From the IMG/VR virus record IMGVR_UViG_3300031857_000010, positions 124,001-188,000 of that record: DNA of 64,000 bases; one strand, 5' to 3'. The notes below the pieces were generated by a model. It was not told the origin of the DNA and searched no databases. It was given only the letters and a program-made list of their open reading frames with translations. Within the stretch, counting starts at the first letter, position 1; every line of letters starts with the position of its first letter. The translations under genes were made by a program, and so were the position numbers. Shown here piece after piece: positions 50,054-61,950 of this stretch.

Positions 50054-50611
50054 TTAAATTATTTTTTTTAATTGTTCTATGTTGTTGAAATGTATCAAAT
50101 GCTCAAAACCATAGAATCCTGTTTTGGTTCCTCTTTCTCTTAGTTTAGGATCCATGATCAAATCATCTGATTGATACTTATTTAATATTTCTTTTTTTGC
50201 TAAACCACACACATAAACATATCTACTCTGCCATCTTATCATAATTATTTCATGATTGTAACTCTTCTTGAATATTACTGGAAACTGCCCATATCTCACG
50301 GTTTTTATTCCAACATTTAAACCTATTTTCTTCAAATCAGATTTATGAAAATCTTTAGAATCTCCAACATCCCAATTAACTATTCCCTCTACTCCAAGAA
50401 ACTTCTCTAAAGCCAATTCACCCAAAGTGCCGGTGAAAAATCTTTGATATAAAGATGAATTATCTATCTTGTGATTATTTTCTGATGGTTTAACTCGCTT
50501 GATTTCTTTTATAAAACGGTCTATTTTTTTTATGTCTTCCAAATCAATTTTAATTAATTTAAAATTTGAAGAATAAGGTTTTATAAAATTATCATAATTA
50601 ATTTCAATCAT
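50054..50611 (-). CDS. hypothetical protein, possible restriction-endonuclease-like fold
   Basis: GTLGELA...D...SDL...VGIKT. Confidence 0.4.
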   Translation of the reverse strand: MIEINYDNFIKPYSSNFKLIKIDLEDIKKIDRFIKEIKRVKPSENNHKIDNSSLYQRFFTGTLGELALEKFLGVEGIVNWDVGDSKDFHKSDLKKIGLNVGIKTVRYGQFPVIFKKSYNHEIIMIRWQSRYVYVCGLAKKEILNKYQSDDLIMDPKLRERGTKTGFYGFEHLIHFNNIEQLKKII

Positions 50612-50848
50612 ATAAAATACTATTAATCTATTAATTCGTAAAAAGAATTTTTTGTTTCTGCTAATTTAGTTTCAAAATCAATTCTAATTATTCTTGAAGT
50701 TATCAACACTTCACCTTCATAAAAACCCTCTCTTTTTCCAATTAGTTTTCCCATTAAACAATAACTTGTTCCAATGTCATTTAATTTCCAATCAACCAAT
50801 TGATATTTTGGTTTATTAATTATTTCATCTATCATTTTTTTAAAACTA

Positions 50849-51631
50849 TTAATAATTATTTTTGTATATGTGTATAGAGTTAAAGATATTAAAAATAGTA
50901 AATTCTATTTTGAATGATGGTGTATGTTCTGAAACAAATCTATCCCAGTTTATATCGAAATTAAAAAATGTAATTCCATCCTTGAAGCTTCTTACTATTG
51001 CGAATAATTGAATTTCCCAAAAAATTCTTTTTTTATTAGAAATTGCACCATTTCTGCAAAGTCCCAATCTTAAATTTAATTCATTTCCACCTGTCTCTTC
51101 AAAATCAAATTCTGGCATTGAAAGGTTCTCTATATTTTCATAATCATAGAGGTCTGTAAAATAAACAAAAACAACTTGTTCTTCGACACCTTGGTCTTCT
51201 ACTACCTCAGAATAAACTATTTTACCGATCAATTGACTTCCGTCATCTTGATCTGATTCTTCCCAAGAAATTCTCTTGGAGGAATTGTTGTATTTATCAC
51301 AGGCTCCAAAATAATTATCTGTAGCTTTTAATAAATTTGTAATATTAGAAGCAGATACAATTGGATTGTTTTCCCATACTGAAACATAAACTACCTTATT
51401 TTTATTCATTTTTATTTTTTTTATTTCTTTAAAATTATTATCATTATAAATGTTGTAAAGTTTCTCTGTAATTTTTGACATTTGTTCAAGAAAAAACTTT
51501 TGCTGTTCCTTCTCATCAAAAATTTCTATAATAAGTCCCTTGTCTGAATTTTTTTTGTGCTTTTCAAACAAAGAATCTATTTTATAATAATTATCTCTTA
51601 TTGTGCTCATTCCTTTTAAATAAAAACACAA
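50849..51631 (-). CDS. hypothetical protein
   Basis: 260 aa ORF. Confidence 0.55.
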   Translation of the reverse strand: MCFYLKGMSTIRDNYYKIDSLFEKHKKNSDKGLIIEIFDEKEQQKFFLEQMSKITEKLYNIYNDNNFKEIKKIKMNKNKVVYVSVWENNPIVSASNITNLLKATDNYFGACDKYNNSSKRISWEESDQDDGSQLIGKIVYSEVVEDQGVEEQVVFVYFTDLYDYENIENLSMPEFDFEETGGNELNLRLGLCRNGAISNKKRIFWEIQLFAIVRSFKDGITFFNFDINWDRFVSEHTPSFKIEFTIFNIFNSIHIYKNNY

Positions 51632-51956
51632 TAAAATCTACAGTGAAAAGAAATATATATATAAAAACAGAGGACACAAGAGCACATATTACAAATATTA
51701 CAATAAACAAAAAATATAGAGATGATTTTATTTTTTCTAACATATTCTATTGCCATTTAAAAGGATTTCTTTTTCCTCTGATATCCATTTCATCTGATAA
51801 TCCACGTATCCCGTAATACAAAAGACCTGAAATAAATGCTAATAACAAATATAGATAACTTAATGGATTATACGGATTTATCCTATGTCTTAAAAATCCG
51901 TTTTCATTTTTCTTTTCTTGAAGTATGTAAATTTTTGTCAGAATTTTTCTCATATT

Positions 51957-54356
51957 TTATTTACTTAATATTTTTAAAACTTTTAATATTGAATCTGGTG
52001 TCACAGAAATACTATCTATACCCTCTTCAACCAGAAACTTTGCAAATTCAGGAAAATCAGATGGTGCTTGACCGCAAATTCCAACTTTAGTGCCGGTTTT
52101 TTTACCAACTTTTATAAGATGAGATATAGCTCTTTTTACTGCAATATTCCTTTCATCATAAATGTGAGCGACTAATGCAGAATCCCTATCCAACCCTAAA
52201 ATTAATTGAGTTAAATCATTAGACCCTATTGAAAAACCATCTATATGTTCGGCAAATTCCTCAGCCATAAATATATTAGATGGAAGTTCAGCCATTAAAT
52301 AAATCTCTAGACCCCTTTCACCTCTTTTAAGCCCATACGATTCCATTACCTTATAAACTTTTAGTAATTCCTCTACTGTTCTACAAAATGGGATCATAAT
52401 TACAACATTGGTTAAACCCATTTTTTCCCTTACTCTTTTTAGGGCTTTTAATTCCATACCAAATGCCTCTTTGTATTCAGTGGAATAGTATCTTGAAGCA
52501 CCTCTCCAACCTATCATAGGGTTTTCTTCTTTCGGCTCAAAATAAGTACCTCCTAATAAGTTTTCATATTCATTGGATTTAAAATCTGATAATCTTACAA
52601 TTACTTTATTCGGATAAAATGCTGTAGCAATTTTTGCTATACCATAAGATAATCTTTTAACAAAAAAAGTTTCTTCATCATCATACCCCCTTATTGTTTT
52701 TTCAATTTCATTTGTAAGATTTTCATCACCAATTTGCTTATGTTTTAGAAGAGCAAGTGGATGTACCTTTATATAATTATTAATTATAAATTCTTCTCTG
52801 GCAAGTCCTACACCTGAATTTGGTAGATGTGAAAATTTAAAAGCTATATCCGGAGATGCAACATTTAGCATTATGGGTGTCTTAACCTTGGGCAGATCAT
52901 CAAGGTTTGTTTCTATTTTTTCATAATCTAAAAACCCTTCGTAAACAAATCCAGTATCACCCTCACTACATGATACAGTGACCTTTTGATTATTTTTAAT
53001 TATATCTGTGGCATTTCTACACCCTACTATTGCAGGTAAACCTAACTCTCTGGCAACTATTGCAGCATGACAAGTTCTACCACCTTTGTTAGTAATGATT
53101 GCAGAAGCTTTTTTCATAATTGGCTCCCAATCAGGATCTGTCATATCTGTTACCAAAACTGAACCCTCAACAAATTCAGAAGCATCAAAAGAACCATCTC
53201 TACCATCTAATGAGAACATAATTGTTGCTTCTCCAGAGGCAACCCCGTCTCCAACTGCTATGCCTTTTATTAATGGATTTTGACCTTCTGAATTAATATT
53301 ATATTCTACTAAAGTTCTATTTCTTTTTTGAGAATGAATTGTCTCTGGTCTTGCCTGAACTATATAAAGTTCCCCCGTTAATCCATCTATAGCCCATTCA
53401 ACATCAACAGGACACCATTTATTTTTCAATTTTGAATAGTATCTTTCTATTGAACTAACCCACTTTGCTATCTCTAATACTTGTTTATCAGTTATGCAAA
53501 AATTGTTTTTTTGATCATCGCTTACTTGTATTGTTTTTGTAAGTTTACCATGATCTTCACCATAAATCATTTTTTTATCCTTAAATCCAAGTTTCTTTTC
53601 TATGATTGAAGAATATCCCTTTTCCAACAAAGGTTTAAAAACAATAAATTCATCAGGTGATATTGCACCTTGAACAACCATTTCACCTAGACCATATGAA
53701 CCATTAATTAGTATCACATCTTTAAAACCACTTTCTGTATCTAATGAAAATGCAACACCAGATGAAGCTAAATCTGAACGAACCATTTTTTGTACACAAA
53801 CAGAAAGACCTACATTAAAATGATCATATCCAAAAGTGTTTCTGTAAGATATTGCTCTATCTGTGAATAAAGATGCAAAACAATTTCTTACAGCCTCTAT
53901 TATTGATTCTATTCCTCTAACATTTAAAAATGTTTCTTGTTGACCCGCAAAAGAAGCATCGGGTAAATCCTCAGCTGTTGCGGATGATCTGACTGCAACA
54001 TCTGTCATTTCTTGATCATATTGCTTTGACAACTCTAAATATTTTTCTTTTATTTCATTTTTTAATTCCTCCGGAAATTCTCCATTTCTTATTATTTGTC
54101 TAACCTGAGATCCAACTTTTCTTAACTCTATTATATCTGAGTCATTTAAATTTGAAACTAAATCTTTTATCTTTTTATCCAGTTTATTATGTGTAATATA
54201 ATCAAAATAACCTTTAACATTAATTGCAAAACCATTAGGTACTTTTATATTCATAGAATTAAGGTTTTGCAACATCTCTCCTAAAGAAGCATTTTTGCCA
54301 CCAACTAAATTAATGTCGCCTAATGAAACTTTGTTCAAATCAATAGTGTATTTCAT
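51957..54356 (-). CDS. ppsA: phosphoenolpyruvate synthase (pyruvate,water dikinase)
   Basis: VGGKNASLGEM, VAVRSSATAEDLPDASFAGQQETFLNV, VQARPET, GGRTCHAAIVARELG, GLAREEF, NPMIGWRGASRY, DGFSIGSNDLTQ, GICGQAPSD. Confidence 0.98.
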   Translation of the reverse strand: MKYTIDLNKVSLGDINLVGGKNASLGEMLQNLNSMNIKVPNGFAINVKGYFDYITHNKLDKKIKDLVSNLNDSDIIELRKVGSQVRQIIRNGEFPEELKNEIKEKYLELSKQYDQEMTDVAVRSSATAEDLPDASFAGQQETFLNVRGIESIIEAVRNCFASLFTDRAISYRNTFGYDHFNVGLSVCVQKMVRSDLASSGVAFSLDTESGFKDVILINGSYGLGEMVVQGAISPDEFIVFKPLLEKGYSSIIEKKLGFKDKKMIYGEDHGKLTKTIQVSDDQKNNFCITDKQVLEIAKWVSSIERYYSKLKNKWCPVDVEWAIDGLTGELYIVQARPETIHSQKRNRTLVEYNINSEGQNPLIKGIAVGDGVASGEATIMFSLDGRDGSFDASEFVEGSVLVTDMTDPDWEPIMKKASAIITNKGGRTCHAAIVARELGLPAIVGCRNATDIIKNNQKVTVSCSEGDTGFVYEGFLDYEKIETNLDDLPKVKTPIMLNVASPDIAFKFSHLPNSGVGLAREEFIINNYIKVHPLALLKHKQIGDENLTNEIEKTIRGYDDEETFFVKRLSYGIAKIATAFYPNKVIVRLSDFKSNEYENLLGGTYFEPKEENPMIGWRGASRYYSTEYKEAFGMELKALKRVREKMGLTNVVIMIPFCRTVEELLKVYKVMESYGLKRGERGLEIYLMAELPSNIFMAEEFAEHIDGFSIGSNDLTQLILGLDRDSALVAHIYDERNIAVKRAISHLIKVGKKTGTKVGICGQAPSDFPEFAKFLVEEGIDSISVTPDSILKVLKILSK

Positions 54357-54405
54357 TTTATAAAATTTTATGGAATAAAAATAAACTTAAAAATTATAGA
54401 AAACA

Positions 54406-54437
54406 AAAATCCCGACCATTTATTTGATCGGGATTTT
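54406..54437. terminator. intrinsic terminator hairpin
   Basis: AAAATCCCGA...TCGGGATTTT. Confidence 0.75.
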
Positions 54438-54456
54438 ATGAAATGATTTAAATTTA

Positions 54457-55017
54457 TTAATTATCTATTTGAACTTTGATATTACTGTTTTTTGAATTAA
54501 TGTGAACAGATGAATCAACTGTAATGGAAGACCTGTTAGGGTTTGCCTTCCAGAATTCATGCCTGATAACTTGAACTAAATCGTAAGCATCTCTAGCACT
54601 TTGATCAACTTTTGGATTATAAATTCCCATGTTTCCATGTGTTCCAAAATTTTCACCAGAAACTATTTTCTTTAATTCATTACATTTTTTTCTGAATTCA
54701 TCTCTATCAAAATGTACAGAATTCCAATCTGGAGACAATTTGACATTTTCAACATCAGTCCAAGTTTTAATTTCTTCTCCTTTGCCCCAAGATCCTTTTG
54801 TTTTAATTTTTTTCTTGGTCATTTCAACTATTTCACCCCTCATAGTTTTGTCTCCAATTTCTAAATCTTTCTTAGTTGTATTACGATTAATTATAAGATC
54901 TTCAATTGTTGGATGTTCTAATATCATATCAAATTGAAGTATTCCTATTCTAGAATAAAGATCTAAAGCTTTCTGAATTAATCTTAACTGTTCATTATTA
55001 AGTTCTAGTGTTGCCAT
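54457..55017 (-). CDS. hypothetical protein
   Basis: 186 aa ORF. Confidence 0.6.
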   Translation of the reverse strand: MATLELNNEQLRLIQKALDLYSRIGILQFDMILEHPTIEDLIINRNTTKKDLEIGDKTMRGEIVEMTKKKIKTKGSWGKGEEIKTWTDVENVKLSPDWNSVHFDRDEFRKKCNELKKIVSGENFGTHGNMGIYNPKVDQSARDAYDLVQVIRHEFWKANPNRSSITVDSSVHINSKNSNIKVQIDN

Positions 55018-55021
55018 GTTT

Positions 55022-55438
55022 TTAATTTATTTTAACCCATTTATTAGATGAATTCAACCTTACAGTAAAAATAAATTCTTTTTTCCATTGACTTGGTTCG
55101 ATTAAAGATAAAAAATAATTTTCATCTTCTTTTTTATATAAATGATAAGTGTGACCAACAACTGGTATAAAATTATACTCTACTTTAGAATAAATGAATT
55201 GATTTAAATCATATTCTAAAATTAATTTTTCGTACTCAGCCTTTATCTCATTAAACTTGGATTCGAAAACGTGATTTGCGTTAACTACCTCTCTTTGTCT
55301 CCAACCCTTAACATCATCAACTTTTATTGCTGGTGCTCCAAGGTCTGATGCATAAGGAAGATTTTTTGCGTAATATCCCTTTTCCTCATCCCAAACTACG
55401 ATGTCAGGTTTTTTTTCTTTCTCCATTTTGTTTATCAA
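55022..55438 (-). CDS. DUF2452-family protein
   Basis: PYASDLGAP.I, YNFIPVVGHTYHLY, FLSLIEPSQW. Confidence 0.75.
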   Translation of the reverse strand: MINKMEKEKKPDIVVWDEEKGYYAKNLPYASDLGAPAIKVDDVKGWRQREVVNANHVFESKFNEIKAEYEKLILEYDLNQFIYSKVEYNFIPVVGHTYHLYKKEDENYFLSLIEPSQWKKEFIFTVRLNSSNKWVKIN

Positions 55439-55441
55439 GTT

Positions 55442-55927
55442 TTAACAGAAAATCATTTCACTAGCTTTTAAATTCGCCATAATCTGATCAAACTTAATTT
55501 TAAATTTTTTATCTACTTCGAGCCAATTATTTACAGTTTTGCAATGATAAATTACTGTAGCATGATTTTTAGACATCAATCTTCCTATAAAAGAAACAGA
55601 AAAATTTAATTTTTTACACATAATATAAGAAGTCACTCTTCTCATTTGACAATATCTTCCATTTCTGCTTTGGATAAAAATTTCATCAGAAAGATCTTCT
55701 CCATTATAAACTAAAGAAACAACCCGAGCAATGTCTTTCATTAGTTTTAAAACATCTTTATTTTGACCTACCATTATATCACTAATCTCATCAAAAGTAA
55801 TTTCGGGCTTGTGATTAAAATTAATAATATAAGCTTTTATAAACCACTTCTTAAAAAGAACAGGATCATTTATAATTTCTTTGCTTAAATCTTCGAAAGA
55901 AACTATTTTTTTTTCTGAATTTATCAT
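55442..55927 (-). CDS. DnaA domain IV-like (DnaA C-terminal HTH) protein without AAA+ domain
   Basis: SRN...RR...Y......S...IG..M.KNHATVIY..K.V. Confidence 0.7.
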   Translation of the reverse strand: MINSEKKIVSFEDLSKEIINDPVLFKKWFIKAYIINFNHKPEITFDEISDIMVGQNKDVLKLMKDIARVVSLVYNGEDLSDEIFIQSRNGRYCQMRRVTSYIMCKKLNFSVSFIGRLMSKNHATVIYHCKTVNNWLEVDKKFKIKFDQIMANLKASEMIFC

Positions 55928-57320
55928 TTGCTATGAATTACCAAACAGTGAATATATTAACAAACAAGTTCCAATCCAAACAAGAATAAAAAAATAACCT
56001 GCCAAATTTTGTTTATTTGATTTTAATTTTAAAAATATTTGTTTCATATTTTAATTCTCTAAAAAAAATTTTAAATCTTTTTCTAATGCAACTATTTTTC
56101 TTGTTGGTATCTTGAGTTTATTAAGTAAAATTTTCATGTTTCTTGTACCCATGAAAATGAGAGTAGCTATCCTCTCTTCTTTGTCTGGATAGGCAATCTG
56201 AAGTCTCTCGTCTAATCCCAAAGGTTTAGTCAATTTTTTTCCATATGATCTATTAAAATTAGAATCAATTCTTAATTTATTGAGAAACTCTTCCCTGCTT
56301 ATTGGTATTTCATTTTCAGATAAATCAGTAAGATATTCTCTGTATCTTGATTCTAATCTAGCCATTTTATTTTTTTCTTAAAGATGCTTTTATAGAGTCG
56401 TATTTCATTCCCCAGTAAGAAACCTCGTCTTCCCTGAGCTGAAGTTCATTTTCTAGAATATTAACTTGATCATCCAAGTTTTTTACCTGTTCAACCAGTT
56501 CCGCTTTTTCTGCCTTTAAGGATTTATTTTTTTTAATAAAATTATAATTGATAAATCCTGAGAAAATAACGTAAAATAATAATGTTATTATTACCAGTTT
56601 ATAAATCGTTTCATTTTTCATATGATAAAATTATTTCACAAAAATATACAAAATAAATCTAATAAATTAAAAATTTAATGCAATTATTTTAACAATAAAA
56701 TGTTTAAATCTTTTTTTAAATTTAAACTATATTCCCAAACAACTCAACCTGTATCTTTTCGCCTCTTTTTAAGGGAGTTTCTATGTTTAAAACCTTGAGA
56801 ATCAAATCGCAAAAATTTCTCATTCCTACGGGTTCTCCGGGTACAATATAAGCATCTTCAAAATCACGACCATCAACCTTTGTGAAGATTGGTTCTTTGA
56901 CGGTGAGCATATATAACCCATTCCGTTGCCTTGTTAACCATAATTTCATTTATTTATGTTTTTATAAGTGATAAATACTTTTCTTTATTATTATCTAAAA
57001 TAATTTATTTTTTTATAAAAACCAAAAAAAATTCATATTTCAAACAATTATTCATTTAGTATCCATTTTTTATTGATTGTTTTCGTAAATTGGATTAAAT
57101 GTATCTGGATCGTAACCTATTATCTTATTGCTGATTATCAATCCATCAAAAGGTTCTGGCTTTTTTTCTTCTTCTCTTTTACTTCTAATATATTCTTTAA
57201 TACTTTCAGGTGTGTTGGGATCAACCAACAAAGAAGAATCAAACTCCTCAGCTTTTCTTAACAACTCATCACCTTTTTCTTTTAATTCTCTTAACTTTTG
57301 TTCTAAATTTTCCATTATGT

Positions 57321-57641
57321 TTAATAAATATATTTTTTTAAAAAAACCTCAATTGAATTTATTACTTTCTTTTTTCTTTTTAGAATTGCCTCTGGACTTG
57401 TTCCTTCACCTTTCAAACATTTGAAACAATGCCAAGGTAAATATAAAAAATTACCATTTTTTTTTATGGCGAACTTATACATATTTACATAATAAACCTT
57501 ATAACAACCTTCCCGACTATGAAGATGAATATAATCTCCGGGTAAACAAGGTTTTTTCTTCTTGATTAACTCATAATAATAATAATAGTACCAAGGATTG
57601 TATCCAAGTTTATTATGCTCATCAGGATAAAATGTTTCCAT
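57321..57641 (-). CDS. hypothetical protein (start moved out of the tRNA-like element)
   Basis: METFYPDEHNKLG...; the track start at 57704 lies inside the tRNA-like RNA. Confidence 0.5.
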   Translation of the reverse strand: METFYPDEHNKLGYNPWYYYYYYELIKKKKPCLPGDYIHLHSREGCYKVYYVNMYKFAIKKNGNFLYLPWHCFKCLKGEGTSPEAILKRKKKVINSIEVFLKKYIY

Positions 57642-57653
57642 AATAATTTGTTT

Positions 57654-57763
57654 TGTAGTCAGGACAGGATTCGAACCTGTATGATATCCGCAGATATCTT
57701 TCACTTGCGTTCACTACCTCATCAGGTTTCCGTGATTAGCGTCTACCATTCCGCCACCTGACC
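57654..57763 (-). ncRNA. tRNA-like RNA A (Leu-type D-arm, no canonical anticodon arm)
   Basis: GGTCAGG-TG-GCGGAATGGTAGACGC ... GATATC-TGCG-GATATC ... ACAGG-TTCGAAT-CCTGT-CCTGACT-ACA. Confidence 0.75.
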
Positions 57764-57773
57764 GTTATTAATT

Positions 57774-58502
57774 TTATTTTATATCATAGTAATTCCAAAT
57801 CTCTTCCAACTGTTTAGGATCAACAATAAAAGATTCCCAATCATCTTTGGCAACCTCCACGTCCCTAACGTCAACATAAAAAGTCTTAGGTGTAAATGGA
57901 AATGATTTTATATATCCTTTTTTGCCGACCATTTTACTTCTATCTCCATTCTTATAATCTTCTTCGCTTAACCAAGCAAATCCACTCCAACATACATTAT
58001 TTTGATCCCTTTTAATTATTGCATCTATATAATAAGGTTTACCATCTTTTCCATCTTTAAATAACGCTGAACACCTTTTGTTTTGATACCATGAATTACC
58101 ATCACCAAATTCTCTTACATCACCCCATTCATCATCCATACCAGTTATAGGTGCAATAGGATGAAACAATAGTAGATTATTAATCGACTCAATCAAATGA
58201 TCAAAATCATTAATTGATTTTGTCTTAATCACTTCAACTATTGAATTGATTTCCTCTGTGAATTCATAAGTTAAAGAATCCGGATCTTTAGCTATTTCTA
58301 AAACTATATTACTAGAAATTTTATTTTTTATTTCATGAATTATGGAACCAGCAGTATATGGTGCTGAACCACCACTTTGTCCTGAATCTCTAAATTTTTT
58401 GCAGAGATTTAATATTTCATTTTTGATTGATAAAATATCAAAATCTGGATTTATTTTAGATATAATATCTAATTCTATTTCAGCAAAAGTCCTATTATTC
58501 AT
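57774..58502 (-). CDS. phage hypothetical protein
   Basis: SGQSGGSA, HPIAPITGMDDEW, QNKRCSALFKDG. Confidence 0.65.
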   Translation of the reverse strand: MNNRTFAEIELDIISKINPDFDILSIKNEILNLCKKFRDSGQSGGSAPYTAGSIIHEIKNKISSNIVLEIAKDPDSLTYEFTEEINSIVEVIKTKSINDFDHLIESINNLLLFHPIAPITGMDDEWGDVREFGDGNSWYQNKRCSALFKDGKDGKPYYIDAIIKRDQNNVCWSGFAWLSEEDYKNGDRSKMVGKKGYIKSFPFTPKTFYVDVRDVEVAKDDWESFIVDPKQLEEIWNYYDIK

Positions 58503-60030
58503 AATTGTTAATATTAATTTTAAATATTTCCTCTTTAACCTGATTCCAATAAGTCAAATACATAGGGTGTGGTGTATAATATACCGATGAAGTTGAATTC
58601 AAAGTATCATCAAATCGACTATCATCTTTCCTACTTTCTATAATCTGATCACAAACATATTCAGCAGCATTTTTTGCAGTTGCTACATTTTTATGATGAG
58701 ACAGCTCATAGCACCAACGCATCATTGCATCCCTGTATAGTTGTTCTGCTTTTTCCTTGGGTGTCATTTCATGAATTATTTTATTTTTTATTTATGAATT
58801 CAATACTATCGTCAAATGATTGTGACATACCTTCTTTTAGTTTTTTTAAATCATCAATTGCATCAGATTGTACACGAATGATAAAAAAGGGATTTGACAT
58901 CAGAATTTCAACGTTCATATTATAGAAGTTTCCAAAAACATTTTGCTCTGGATAATCTTCTTTTAATTTGTACCAAAGCTGTTTATATATTTCTAAGCGT
59001 TCAGATTCTGTGTTGCTATATCTCCTTAAAAGGAACATAAATAATTTTTTCATATCTGTTATTCAAATAATAATTTTTTTAGATTAAAATTTAAGAAACA
59101 TCTCCATAAATTTCGTTATAATATTTTTTACAACTGTTTCCATGTACAGGAACATCTTGACCCCCATCCCAATAAGCTTCCTCAACTTGCTCTTGGAACA
59201 ATTCTTTTGCCTTGATTAAAGTATCACTATATCCGTTGTTAATAGAATTTCTTAATCTCTCCGGCAAATTTTCCATAAACCAATCAATTGCAGTTTTTTT
59301 ATTTTCCATATTAGATATTTACAATATTAATCACAACAAAAATTTTAACCTCTCATGTCAACACAATTATCCCTGCCCCATGAAAGTATTTTTTCGTATG
59401 CTTTTTTCATATCAGGTGTTGCCTCATCATAAACTTCTGCATTCTCGTAGCAACTACGACTCAATCCGCAGAGTATACGATAAAGACCCTCTGCAGTCTC
59501 TTTATCAAATTTCAATTTTTCATTCCTGTCACTTGAAAGTAAATCAGAATCCGGTTGATTAGGTAAAGGAAAATTGATAATTGCATCAATTCTTTGATTT
59601 ACGATTTTTATTCTTTCATGATCTGAATCTTTTTGAAATTCATTAAATCTTTGATTGAATTTATTTATATCATCCCAACCACGCATTCCATTGACCCATT
59701 GTTCTTTCTGAAGTAATTTTCCCTCTAATTTGGATTTGAGTAAAATCAAATCTGATAAGGACATTTTATCTAAAATTGAGTTCATATGTTATTTTTTTTA
59801 AAATTAAAACTCTCTAATAACTCTTGTTTGAGTTGCTCGAATTCAGTTTCATCATGAGGTGAATTTAAACACTGAAATTCTAATTCATCTCTTCTGTTAT
59901 CCATAAGATACAATACATGATAATCAGTTAATTGTTCAGAAATTCTATCGCCAGATTCTTTCATTTCTAATATCTGCGATTGAGATTCGGTGTGTGGAAA
60001 TTTTATTATTAATATTGGCTTGCTCATTTT

Positions 60031-60444
60031 TTATTTTATTAATTCTCTCAAAAAACCAACTCGGTCTTTTTTGAATTCTTTATACTGAGATTCACTGAAA
60101 ACATCACTCTTATCATTATTGCAGAAATAACAAGTCAATTCACAGTTTTCTCTTGAATAAATTCCTTTAGGATTCTTCTTGTCCACTTCTAGCCAATATC
60201 CACGATTAACTCCGGCTCTAGTTTCTCCATGAATGGGAAATCTATTAGAAGTTAATAATCCCCTATGAACAATCATTTGACTTTCCTTCTCCGTCAAACC
60301 ACAGTAGTGACAAAACTTGGGTTTGTTATCATACCAATCACGGAAATCCTCATAACTCAAGAATCCGGATTTCTTTTCTCTGACCTTTGACTTGTACCAA
60401 TCAGATAATTGTTTATCCGTTTTTGGTTTATAGATCCATTCCAT
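60031..60444 (-). CDS. HNH-like endonuclease
   Basis: CHYCG...LEVDKKNPKGIYSRENCELTCYFCNNDKS. Confidence 0.7.
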   Translation of the reverse strand: MEWIYKPKTDKQLSDWYKSKVREKKSGFLSYEDFRDWYDNKPKFCHYCGLTEKESQMIVHRGLLTSNRFPIHGETRAGVNRGYWLEVDKKNPKGIYSRENCELTCYFCNNDKSDVFSESQYKEFKKDRVGFLRELIK

Positions 60445-61263
60445 GGTTTTTATTTTTTTGTTTTATCAACACCTAATTCAAGAGTTGGTCCACTGATATC
60501 AACCCACATTTTACAAACAATTAAATTTAAACCCAACATATATCCCCTTACGTGGTTATCATCGCTAAAAATAAATTTTAAAGTGCCTTTGGCATTACCA
60601 ACAGCCTTATATGTTTTTAACCACAAACCGAGTTCGTAGTTGTTTCTCATTCTGAATGATTCATAATGCTCAAGTTTTTTCTCCCAGCGGTGCCGGAAAA
60701 CAAATCTTAACTTGAACCATTTTGTTCTAAAGTTTAATATCATTATTTTATTTATTTTAATTTTGCGTAAGCCTGAACTTGGTTTGTGTGAGAATCAATA
60801 TATTCTTTTATAATTTCAAACTCAACATCTTTACCTTCCCAATCAACGGAATAATCACCGTAATCATTACAGGTTTTAACATCTGTTGGATGTAATGGTA
60901 AAGATAATTTTTCTTCTTTATAATTCAAAGGGGGAAAATTATAGTGAATGTAATTCACAAACCAACCACGATCTGTTTTATTTAAAGTTCCTTTCATAAA
61001 TTAACAAAAATTATAAGAGTATTTTTTGTAAATATACAAATTTCCCAACACTTGCATCTCGCCATGTCCTGTGTATTTATTTATTAAATATTTTTCTGCT
61101 TCTTCTTGGGTTGCAAAAGATATTCTCTCTGAAGATATTTCTTTTCTCCGTATTTCTTCCCATTTTAAAAATATTTTTTTTTCAATTATAAATTCTGTTT
61201 TGCAATTTTTACCTGCAACATCGTGAATTATTTTTTTTATTCTAAATTTCATTTGATCTTTTT

Positions 61264-61611
61264 TTAATATAAATCTTCACTGAATAAACCTATCATGGGA
61301 TTTGACAAGAAATTTCTATAAACCTGCCCAGCTTTTATTGCTATTTCCATCGCTTCTAATCTATTAACAAATCTGTTCTGTGATGTCATAAACCCCTGCT
61401 CAGTTTCTCCAACACCATCTGGTGAAAATCTAACAGTTCTTAATTCAGAAAGGGATTTGACTATATCTATGCAATTTGCATGTCTATGACCACAAACCAC
61501 AATACCCTTATCAATATTTTTCGGTGGATAAACTTGATTGGGTAAATCCTTATACCATATTGCAGCACAGGTTATGTACTCCTCAGGCTTAAATGGTTTG
61601 TTGGGATTCAT
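61264..61611 (-). CDS. phage hypothetical protein
   Basis: CAAIWY, GHRH, QGFMTSQNRFVNRLEA, LFSEDLY. Confidence 0.65.
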   Translation of the reverse strand: MNPNKPFKPEEYITCAAIWYKDLPNQVYPPKNIDKGIVVCGHRHANCIDIVKSLSELRTVRFSPDGVGETEQGFMTSQNRFVNRLEAMEIAIKAGQVYRNFLSNPMIGLFSEDLY

Positions 61612-61950
61612 TGACAGTGGTGAAATAATTTAAATATTAAATATAAAAATAATACACCTACTACAAATCCTTTAAAAAAATCTCCGGGCCTTTTCATAAC
61701 TTTTCTATTTCTTGTTTGACTTGTTTCCAATATTCTCTTGTATCACAATCTTCATAAGACCATTCATCATTACAATCAAACACATCTAATTTGATTATCT
61801 CATCCACAGCTATCAATGCACATTCTTCAGCTAGTTCTTCAATTACAAATCCATCAATGCGATACTTTCCCCTTAGTATTTCTCTTTTATATCTGCTTAC
61901 TAACTCTTCAGCTTTTTCTTTTGGTGTCATAGTGTGTCTGATTTAATGTT

